DNA of 64,000 nucleotides from an uncultured virus (IMG/VR IMGVR_UViG_3300032229_000206) (taxonomy: Duplodnaviria; Heunggongvirae; Uroviricota; Caudoviricetes): IMG/VR virus record IMGVR_UViG_3300032229_000206; one strand, written 5' to 3'. Within the stretch, counting starts at the first letter, position 1; every line of letters starts with the position of its first letter. The notes under the pieces were generated by a model that was given only the letters and a program-made list of their open reading frames with translations, did no database searches and had not been told where the DNA came from. Position numbers and translations under genes: made by a program. This document shows positions 9,261-17,574 of the stretch, piece by piece.

Positions 9261-9352
9261 GTTTGTGTTGGGGCTATTAGATGGCTATTTAAGCTTTTAT
9301 TGCTTTAATAGATTCATCTATTAAAGCGCCATCTAATAGCCCCAACACAAAC
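9261..9352. repeat. Hairpin element E (25-bp perfect arms, nested inner hairpin)
   Basis: GTTTGTGTTGGGGCTATTAGATGGC 9261-9285 / GCCATCTAATAGCCCCAACACAAAC 9328-9352; inner GCTTTAATAGAT/ATCTATTAAAGC 9302-9327. Confidence 0.95.
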
Positions 9353-9354
9353 CC

Positions 9355-9409
9355 TGTGGATAAGTAGATGAACAGCCCTCTGTGCAGATGAGAGATGAGA
9401 GATTAGTAT
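9355..9409 (+). promoter_or_regulatory. Module promoter 7: DnaA box pair + -10 TAGTAT
   Basis: TGTGGATAA 9355-9363, GTA, GATGAACAG; -10 at 9404. Confidence 0.7.
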
Positions 9410-9438
9410 TACGCCTGTTACTTAGTAAAGGAGATACT

Positions 9439-10575
9439 ATGAACAAGACAGAACGCAGAGAGCGTTTTACAGAACTAATGACGACAATAGAGTTATTAGG
9501 TAATCAGCATGACGAGAACTACGACCCTAAGTTCCCACGGGGGTCTTATGGTCTATCAGACGGCAACCTTAAAACCGCAGTAATGGCACAGGCTATGAGA
9601 GAAGATGATGAGTTCGTTGGTAACCTTATTAACGCGCTCGCCAACACAGGTCTAGGTGCATGCCAAGAAGCACACGAACGCGACGAACAACCAAGCGAGG
9701 ACGACCTATCTTGCGCCACACTAGCAGTTCATGTGGCATGGGCTAAGGGCGCGTTTATGCCAATGGCGTTCCTAATGGGCACTATCGCCAAGATGATAGA
9801 TGTCTTTGATATGGAAGTACCTGAGGACTTAACACTTATCCTTCGCAGTAACTCAGGTATGCAGGACAAGGCAAATATGTTTGACCCGATAGCACTATTA
9901 GATATGACGACGAAAGACTTGAAGCGTTATATCGAGGAAGGATTGTCAAATGGCAACTAAGGTTATTAACGGCAAGAAAATGGTAGAAGTACCATTCACA
10001 GTTACCTTCAATGTGTGCGTAGAGGAACACGAATACCTGAAGTATGTAACTAGCGGTATCGTAGATGGGGCTATGGCACAAGCAGGTAAGGAAACCCTAT
10101 TAGATAGTATTAAGCCCGTAATGGACAAGGCTAATGAAAATTGGTCTTATATGATGATTGAGGTGGCGTAATGCAGATTAAAGACATGATGACACCTGCT
10201 ATGTGTAAGAGCACTATCGGTGGGTGGATATGGTATTGCGATAGTTGCGATACCCACGGCAACGCCAATTCCTCAGATGAGGCAGAGCATATGGCTGAGG
10301 CTCATGCGCTGTACCACTCATGGGATGAGGATGTGGAGTACGACGAGGAGAAAGACCCTGACGGGGAGAACATAACCTCATATATGGAACTACCCTATGA
10401 AGAACGGGAGTTCTCACTCGCTAACTGGAGTATGGAGTGCCTACAAGCAACCTACCTTATTAGCGTAGATGACAACATTACCTACAACTATGGTGATGAC
10501 TATGAAGATAAGACTATTAGACCGATAGATTTAGAAGTAGCCAACGAGATTAAGAAACGGATGGGATTAGCATAA
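9439..10575 (+). CDS. Three acidic hypothetical proteins (9439-9960, 9950-10171, 10171-10575)
   Basis: SD AAGGAG before 9439; coupled overlaps; the third has CxxC...HxxxH. Confidence 0.7.
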
Positions 10576-11090
10576 TGGGTATGGATGTATATGGAAATAA
10601 CCCTATTAGTGAGAAGGGTGAGTATTTCCGCAACAATGTATGGTGGTGGCGACCTTTGTGGGATTTCTGCGAGGAGATTGCCCCTGAACTGACACACGGA
10701 GTCCAAGGTCATACCAACGACGGAGATGGTCTAGATGAGGAAGGCGCTAAGGCGCTCGCTAATATCCTCACAATAAGCCTATCAGAAGGCGTTGTAGATA
10801 CCTATGAGCAGAAGCGTAATGAGTATCTAGCAAGCCTACCTAAAGAGCCGTGCAAATACTGTGAGGCAACAGGTATCCGTACTGATAGCGTGGGCGTGGA
10901 GCACGGCATGGATGTACAAGTCTTATCAGATGCCGAGGCGAGCGCACTAGGTAGGACTATTGGATACTGTAATGGGTGTCAAGGCAAGGGAGAAACAGAT
11001 AGTTGGGAGACACACTATCCGTTTAGTAGGACTAATGTACAAGAGTTTGCCGAGTTTCTAGCAGATAGTGGTGGTTTTAAAATCTGCTAG
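10575..11090 (+). CDS. Conserved phage protein (MGMDVYG...YFRNNVWWWRPLW) with a DnaJ-like CxxCxxxG insert
   Basis: Motifs visible: CKYCEATG, CNGCQGKG, terminal FLADSGGFKIC. Confidence 0.7.
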   Translation: MGMDVYGNNPISEKGEYFRNNVWWWRPLWDFCEEIAPELTHGVQGHTNDGDGLDEEGAKALANILTISLSEGVVDTYEQKRNEYLASLPKEPCKYCEATGIRTDSVGVEHGMDVQVLSDAEASALGRTIGYCNGCQGKGETDSWETHYPFSRTNVQEFAEFLADSGGFKIC

Positions 11091-11127
11091 GATGTAGTAT
11101 CTCCGCCCCCTTCGGGGATATACCACC

Positions 11128-11160
11128 AAAGCCCTCTGCTAGGACTAGCAGAGGGCTTTT
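11128..11160 (+). terminator. Intrinsic terminator
   Basis: AAAGCCCTCTGCTAG/CTAGCAGAGGGCTTT stem. Confidence 0.8.
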
Positions 11161-11177
11161 ATCTGCCGCCAGCCTGG

Positions 11178-11323
11178 AATGTTTGTGTTGGCCCACCCAT
11201 CGCATAAATGTATTCAATTATACATTTATGCTAACCCACCCTTTTTGCCAGCCTTTTTATATTAAAAAGGCTGGATTCCTCTGTTGAGCAATAAGCCGTA
11301 GGCTATTGCTCAACACAAACATT
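11178..11323. repeat. Hairpin element F (13-bp ends enclosing three internal hairpins)
   Basis: AATGTTTGTGTTG 11178-11190 / CAACACAAACATT 11311-11323; inner GCATAAATGTAT/ATACATTTATGC, CCAGCCTTTTTA/TAAAAAGGCTGG, TGTTGAGCAATA/TATTGCTCAACA. Confidence 0.9.
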
Positions 11324-11330
11324 TGCCGCC

Positions 11331-11361
11331 TGTGGATAACTAGATGAACGAGAGTTTGACA
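11331..11361 (+). promoter_or_regulatory. Module promoter 8: DnaA box pair + TTGACA (no ORF follows)
   Basis: TGTGGATAA 11331-11339, CTA, GATGAACGA; TTGACA at 11356; poor -10. Confidence 0.6.
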
Positions 11362-11566
11362 AGCAAAGAGAGCCAATGATAAGAGAGTGAGAGAGCGCGT
11401 CTAATAGGCTTATTTAGCCGTTAGGCTACTGCCACCGAGCCGAAGGGAGTGTGCAGGGATACGACCAGATGAGAGGCTATGGGATAGGCTTATTATGATG
11501 ATAGGTGGCGGTGGTGGCGGTAGAGAGGTTGTTCATAGGTTGTTCAGGGTAAAGAGAGGGAGAGGT

Positions 11567-11630
11567 TGTGGATAACTAGATGAACAGATTATAGAGCCGT
11601 CTTTAATATAGAGAGCCTATGCCCTAGTAT
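11567..11630 (+). promoter_or_regulatory. Module promoter 9: DnaA box pair + -10 TAGTAT
   Basis: TGTGGATAA 11567-11575, CTA, GATGAACAG; -10 at 11625. Confidence 0.7.
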
Positions 11631-11682
11631 CTGAGGGTGGGATACAGAAGGTATCTCCGTTACCGCACCGAAGGGTCACAAT

Positions 11683-13221
11683 ATGCTCGCACTACTCGTA
11701 GTGTCTGACACCGAACTAGAAGGAACACCTGCACAATCGCAGACTCTCCTAGTTGGTACAGATACAGAAGTTATCGGATACCACCGCGTATCCAATGGAC
11801 AGAAGGGGCGTGGTCAATCATGGCAACCCCTTACAGATAGCACTATCCCAACCGCCCCTATCACCAACGAGCCATGCGCCGTTGTCCTATCAGATAGGGA
11901 TATGGAGATGATGAAGTTAGGTCAAATTACCAATATCGGTATCAAAGCCCTATACGCCCTAGAAAGCGCACCTGCTATCCACGACGGCAACCCTCACAAT
12001 GAGGTAGTAGATAGTCTTATTACACGCCTAGAGTCAGGCGACCAATCCCTAACTAACCTTATTACCGACAAGCGCAGAACGACGGGTGTATCTATTAAGC
12101 CTATCGCGAAGGCAGAGGAAGTAACACAGGTCATGGAAGTATCCGTCGTACCTACTAAGGTTACTAACTACACCGAACTATCTAATAACCTCGTTACACA
12201 AATGGTATCCGTACCCGACAAGAAGTGGGCTAAGGAATATATCAACCGCAAGGTCGTTAATAACCTTACCGACTTTGAGATTTACGACTACGCCAACGCT
12301 AACGACATGAATATCCTTATTGAGGGTCACGCAGGGTCAGGTAAGACTATGAGCGTACAAGCGTTCGCTTCCGCTAGAGGCATGCGCTACTTCAATGTCG
12401 CGTGTCATATCGGGCTAGAAGCCTCACACCTAATCGGTCGTTGGATACCAACGGCAGACGGGCACTTCCGTTGGCAAGACGGCGCAGTTACAGAAATTGT
12501 CCGTAATGGTGGCGTACTCCTATTTAACGAGATTAACTTTGCACCTGAACGCTTCCTCACCTTTATCTTTAGCCTATTAGATTATCGCCGTGAGATACAG
12601 TTAATGGAAAATGGCGGAGAAGTTATCAAGGCTCACCCTGACCTACTAATCGTGGCAGACATGAACCCTGACTATCGTGGCACTCGCCCACTTAATCAAG
12701 CACTCGCCGACCGCTTCGCAGTACGCCTATCATTCCCATACGATAAGCCTATTGAGCAGAAGTTACTCGGTAACAAAGCCCTAGTAGATATGGCTAACCA
12801 ACTCCGTGATGAGTTTAATAAGGGTACGCTATTGACTCCCGTATCTACTAGAGCGTTGGTCGCGTTCGTAAAGCATGCTAAGCAGTTTGGCATGGACTTC
12901 GCTACTTACACCTATGTCAATAGTTTTGAGGGTGATGAGGAACGCTCGGCAGTACGCCTAGTAATCAACACCCACCGCGACAATATCGCAGAGGAACTAG
13001 GACTAGAAGTTACTAATAAGGCTAGTGTGTTTGGTAACTCTAACTTAGAACAGGCTATCGCTAATACAGAAATAGGCGCACAGGTCGCTTCATACGAAGC
13101 CGTAGTCGCACCTAGCGACCCTGACATTACCGCTAGTCAGGTCATGGAAGTAGAACTTAATAACATTATCAACGGCAACAACCCGAACCTCGTTGCTAAC
13201 CTTATTGTAGAGGGTAACTAA
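11683..13221 (+). CDS. MoxR/CbbQ/CobS-like AAA+ ATPase
   Basis: Walker A GHAGSGKT, Walker B LLFNE, MNPDYRGTRPLNQALADRF. Confidence 0.9.
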   Translation: MLALLVVSDTELEGTPAQSQTLLVGTDTEVIGYHRVSNGQKGRGQSWQPLTDSTIPTAPITNEPCAVVLSDRDMEMMKLGQITNIGIKALYALESAPAIHDGNPHNEVVDSLITRLESGDQSLTNLITDKRRTTGVSIKPIAKAEEVTQVMEVSVVPTKVTNYTELSNNLVTQMVSVPDKKWAKEYINRKVVNNLTDFEIYDYANANDMNILIEGHAGSGKTMSVQAFASARGMRYFNVACHIGLEASHLIGRWIPTADGHFRWQDGAVTEIVRNGGVLLFNEINFAPERFLTFIFSLLDYRREIQLMENGGEVIKAHPDLLIVADMNPDYRGTRPLNQALADRFAVRLSFPYDKPIEQKLLGNKALVDMANQLRDEFNKGTLLTPVSTRALVAFVKHAKQFGMDFATYTYVNSFEGDEERSAVRLVINTHRDNIAEELGLEVTNKASVFGNSNLEQAIANTEIGAQVASYEAVVAPSDPDITASQVMEVELNNIINGNNPNLVANLIVEGN

Positions 13222-13222
13222 T

Positions 13223-15094
13223 ATGCCTAAGGCTAATCAGAACGACATATTAGATAACCTTATTAACGAACTTCGTTACGGGGGAGAATATAACTCCCGT
13301 GATGAGGAAGGTAATTGGGTTACAGATTACGACGCTATTGAGGAACGACAGGAAGCCGTCGCAAAGCATATCGAAAAGTTACAATCGGTAGGCTTCGTGT
13401 ATAGCAAGGCAGATAGGATTATTACAGGCGACCCCGTAGAAGTACGGGTTGAGGATAACCCTGAAATGGATACTACCGCCTACAACGACGGCAAGAATAT
13501 CGTGTTCAACGCACACCTATTAGAGGACATAACCGACGAAAGTATCGTGAGCCTTCACGGGTTTAACTACCATGAAGTCGCGCATATCCTATGGACTCCG
13601 CGTGGTGGTAGTGAGTTTGGTACGACTATCAGACAGGAGAAGTTAGGCAGAGCCTTCAATATCCTAGAGGATAGCCGTATCGAACGACTACTAATCGCAA
13701 AGTATCCTGCAACCGCACCCTTCCTAGAAGCGTCTAGCCTAGAGTATATTCTTAAAGGCGACCCTAGTGAGTGGTGCGATTACTTCCCACTATTTACAGG
13801 TCGTAAGTATTTAGATATAGATTTACGACAAGAACTCGCAGATAGGTTTATTAAGAAGCATGGAGTAGCAACCGCACAGTTGCTATCCGTAATCGTGCAT
13901 GAATACCGCACCCTAGTATTCCCACGCGACTATGCGAGAGCGTTAGATATTCTCCGACAGTTTGCAGATATAGTCGGTAAAGACGACCAACCGACTAGCA
14001 ATATCCCACAAGACGGGGGCGGTCATGGCGACCGCAAGCCTATGGATAAGGGTCGCATGGAAGGTAACAAGGAACAACAGAAACTACAAGATAAGGCTAG
14101 TAGTCAGGAAAGCGGTAGTAACGCAGGTAATGAGAAGTTAGATGAACCTGCCGATAACAGTAACTCCAACGATACAACAGGCTTATCAGATGAGCAGAGC
14201 GCAGAGGATAAGGCACTTAAAGATAAGATTAACAATGACCTTACCGACCTACTAAAGCGTGAGGAAGTAAAGCGAGATACACAGGAAGTCCGTAAGGCTA
14301 TCCGTGATAACTCTAACTCTCATAGTGCTATTAAGCAGGGCGCATACACTAATAGCGTTGTGAAGCCACAGTTACAGGCTAACGCTCGTAACTTCGCCGT
14401 GGCTATGGAACGCCTACGGATAGATAACGACCCACAATGGGAGTTAGAAGTAGAAAGCGGTCGCTTAAATATAGGTCGCGCTATGAAGGCAGATATTAAC
14501 GACATTAACCGCCTATTCGATAGGTGGAGTGAAGGTAATAGCAACAACGACATAGAAGCGGTAGTCCTAGTAGATACTAGCGGTAGCATGGGTTGGCAGA
14601 TACAACGCACTATGGAAAGCGCATGGACTATCAAGCGCGGTATTGAACGCATTAACGGGCGTGTATCCGTCTATAAGTTTAACCATGACTCTCGCCTAGT
14701 TTATAGTGGAGATGAGAAGGCTAAGCCTACGGAGTACCGCTTCGTAAATAGTAGCGGTGGCACTAACCCATACAAAGCCCTATTAGAAGCGCAACGCATA
14801 CTTCGCACTAGCCGTAAAGGTATCAAGATACTATTTATCGTTACCGACGGCTCATGGGATATGACAGAGCAGAACGATAGGGTTATTAAAGATTTATCTA
14901 GCGAAGGCGTTATGACTAGCGTAGCCTTCCTCGGTGACTTTGAGTGGATAAAGGCTAACGACCATGAACGCTACAAGGCGTATATGAAAGAAGTACGCCA
15001 CGAAGCACAGGTAATGCGTGTAGTATCAGAGCCACGCGACCTAGTAGATATTGCTAAAGACCTAGTTAAGTTGGTAATGGGTAAGAAGCACTAA
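13223..15094 (+). CDS. VWA-domain protein with N-terminal HExxH metallopeptidase-like domain (CobT-like partner)
   Basis: YHEVAH, FNILEDSRIE, MIDAS DTSGSM, VTDG. Confidence 0.85.
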   Translation: MPKANQNDILDNLINELRYGGEYNSRDEEGNWVTDYDAIEERQEAVAKHIEKLQSVGFVYSKADRIITGDPVEVRVEDNPEMDTTAYNDGKNIVFNAHLLEDITDESIVSLHGFNYHEVAHILWTPRGGSEFGTTIRQEKLGRAFNILEDSRIERLLIAKYPATAPFLEASSLEYILKGDPSEWCDYFPLFTGRKYLDIDLRQELADRFIKKHGVATAQLLSVIVHEYRTLVFPRDYARALDILRQFADIVGKDDQPTSNIPQDGGGHGDRKPMDKGRMEGNKEQQKLQDKASSQESGSNAGNEKLDEPADNSNSNDTTGLSDEQSAEDKALKDKINNDLTDLLKREEVKRDTQEVRKAIRDNSNSHSAIKQGAYTNSVVKPQLQANARNFAVAMERLRIDNDPQWELEVESGRLNIGRAMKADINDINRLFDRWSEGNSNNDIEAVVLVDTSGSMGWQIQRTMESAWTIKRGIERINGRVSVYKFNHDSRLVYSGDEKAKPTEYRFVNSSGGTNPYKALLEAQRILRTSRKGIKILFIVTDGSWDMTEQNDRVIKDLSSEGVMTSVAFLGDFEWIKANDHERYKAYMKEVRHEAQVMRVVSEPRDLVDIAKDLVKLVMGKKH

Positions 15095-15167
15095 GGTAGG
15101 GAAGTAGCAATCGAACAGGCGTTCGCACCTACCGCGACCGCCCACCACAAACAGAAGGGATATAACT

Positions 15168-17420
15168 ATGGAATACCAAGACCCAAATATAGATTACAAA
15201 GAACTACTAAAAGAAGTATTAACCCGATTAAAGGCGCATGAGGAAGTCGAAGGCGACGAGTACGGGGTCAATGCGTGTGATACCGCGCTAGATTATTTAT
15301 TCTACCTAGAGGACAGAAGCAAATGAACCCACAATACCTAACCCTATTTAATAAATATATAAATGGTGATGAGAAGGCAATAAGCCTATTAGATACCGCA
15401 CTAGATGTAGCACTAGACACCGCATACCTACGCGGTAGCCATGACGAGCGCATAGATAACCTTGACTACCTTGACGAGCGCATGGTGCTAGACGAGATGA
15501 ACGACAGTATCTATGACCTAATGGTGGAGTTAAATATAGAAGCACCTATCGTGGGCTACCTAAGCCTATTAGAAACAGAAAGCGAGCAAGCGTAATGGAA
15601 TACACAAAGGAAAACCTATACTCTATGGTAAATGCGGTAGAGGAAGCACGATACGCAGTAACCGACCCTAAGTTAAAGGGTCGGCTAGGAGATGTAGCAG
15701 ACCTATTAGATAGCCTTATTGTAGAAGGCGTTATTGAGCGAGAGGTAGAGGAATATGCCTAAGTACGAAGTAAGAGTTGTAGCAGATATATCAACCGCGT
15801 GGGATACAGATACAAGCGCGGAAGCCCTAGCGTTAGCAGATGAGTGGGTGCGACAGGAATATGGCGACCTTATCCACAAGGCTAACCTTATTGTAAAGGA
15901 GATAGCATGAGCGTAACAGAGTTATTAGATGAGTTAGATAGGCTTATTGAAGGACACCCGTTAGCATGCGGTTGTGCTAATTGTCTTACTAGGGATACAA
16001 TTACAGAAGTTATGTATCAAAGAAACCTAAGAACGGGAGTGTCTTACCATGTCTGATGAGTTTATCGGATACGACCATGAAGGTCACGAAGTATATGAAG
16101 GCGAAATTATAGAGAACTTAGACGACGACCTAGACGACGCGTTAGAGGAAGTTAGCGACTATTGGAAGTTGGTCGCGTACCACTTACAGAATAATCTTAA
16201 CCCACCCGTACCCCTTGCTATGGTAGAAACATGTATTGAGGCTATCGAACACGCCAATAAAGAGGAGTGGGATAGCCTTATTACACTACCCGAAGGAATT
16301 AAATATAAAGGAGAGAGTGAAGCCACAGTAGAAACTATTGTTGATGGTCACTACCTACAAGATTTTATTACAACAGCAAGAGAAGTTGTTACAATTACCG
16401 ATAATGAAGGAACAGTAATTTACAAGGGTTATGGTACGGAATATAAATTAGAACCTCACTCCACTATTACAGATGAGAACCTAGAGGACTTCGGTATCGA
16501 GAAATGAGATGCGCCCGTTGTTTTATTGAGTATGATAACGGAGAGTTAATCGCACCCGAAGGCATGGATATTGAGCAAGCCGTAGCGGTTGGGTTAGCCT
16601 TTTGCGTGATGTGTATAGTACCGCAGGGTAGTCCTGCGTCTATTTGAGAGAGAGAGAGAGAGAGAATTATGTCCGAAGAAAGAGAGAATAAATGTGGCTG
16701 CGGGAATTGCAGTTGCGGAGAGAGTAACGAAGGATTAAAGATAGAAAAGAGAGTCGTTTCGGAAATGGACGGCGTTAGTTAGTTTGTGTTGGCGCACTAG
16801 ACAAGTTTGTTATATAGCAGTACCCTTTTCACGCCTACCCTAAGGAGAAATTAAATGGCTAAGAAAGTAAATGTAGTATTTGACGCTACGCTAAAGAAGA
16901 ACCCTGAGAAGGGTGGCGCATGGTTAGCCCGTGTTACCACCTATGATGAGGGCATTGACGAAGGTAATGTAATCGTATCAACCGCATGGTCTAACGCGAG
17001 CGCAGGTAAGCGTTGGATTAAAGAAATGGTTATTAAGATGACTACCAAGAAGTCTGTAAAGATGATTGCTGGTACTGACCTTGACGCTAAGGGTAAGCCT
17101 ATGGCGTTTGAGGGCAAAGTATTGTTTAAGAGAGAGATTTAATAGTTAAATGGCAACCTTTGGTTACTCGTTTGACCCTATCGTACCTGACCCAGAGTGG
17201 GGCAGACCTTCACCTGATATTCCAGATGAAGAAATTTATGATGATGATGAGTTAGAAGATGATGATTAAAGATATAAGAGTCCGTAACCCGTTTTATATT
17301 AAAGAGAGTAAGTTCGGGGATAGTTCTACTGTGCAAGTTCTATGCTTTCACTGTGGTAGCACTTACCGCACACACCCTAATAATCTAAGAGTTCCTAATT
17401 ACTGTAGTAACTGTAAGTAA
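15168..17420 (+). CDS. String of short, mostly acidic hypothetical ORFs (e.g. 15168-15326, 15323-15595, 16049-16507, 16855-17142 and several under 60 aa)
   Basis: ORF track plus own reading; coupled starts and SD sequences. Confidence 0.55.
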
Positions 17421-17523
17421 AATTTAATATAGGCGTCAAAGAGAGGCTTTTCTACTTTTCAACTCTCTAAGGCTATTCATGACCCACCCCTTCGGATAGA
17501 TAGACCTGCGCCTTCCGCAATAG

Positions 17524-17566
17524 AGAGAGCCCCTAGTTTTCGGGTAACTAGGGGCTCTCTACTTTT
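17524..17566. terminator. Terminator at the convergence of the + and - blocks
   Basis: AGAGAGCCCCTAGTT/AACTAGGGGCTCTCT 15-bp stem. Confidence 0.8.
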
Positions 17567-17574
17567 ATATTAGT

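Noticed and set aside
5823..11323. Integron attC sites
   Set aside because: attC runs RYYYAAC...GTTRRRY with extrahelical bases; these run GTT...AAC with perfect arms, each cassette has its own promoter, and no integron integrase is present.
4400..11630. CRISPR array reading of the repeats
   Set aside because: Repeats are separated by 0.2-2 kb of mostly coding DNA, not 30-40 nt spacers; no cas operon (the Cas4-like nuclease is a common stand-alone phage gene).
4400..11630. Bacterial oriC
   Set aside because: The boxes are dispersed one pair per promoter over 7 kb, there is no dnaA/dnaN, and the context is entirely phage.
11683..15094. cobS/cobT as cobalamin-biosynthesis auxiliary genes feeding the class II RNR
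   Set aside because: No cobN or other cob genes; generic MoxR/VWA pairs are common in phages.
15870..15878. TTATCCACA in the opposite orientation
   Set aside because: It lies within a small ORF and lacks the second box and promoter context; probably chance.
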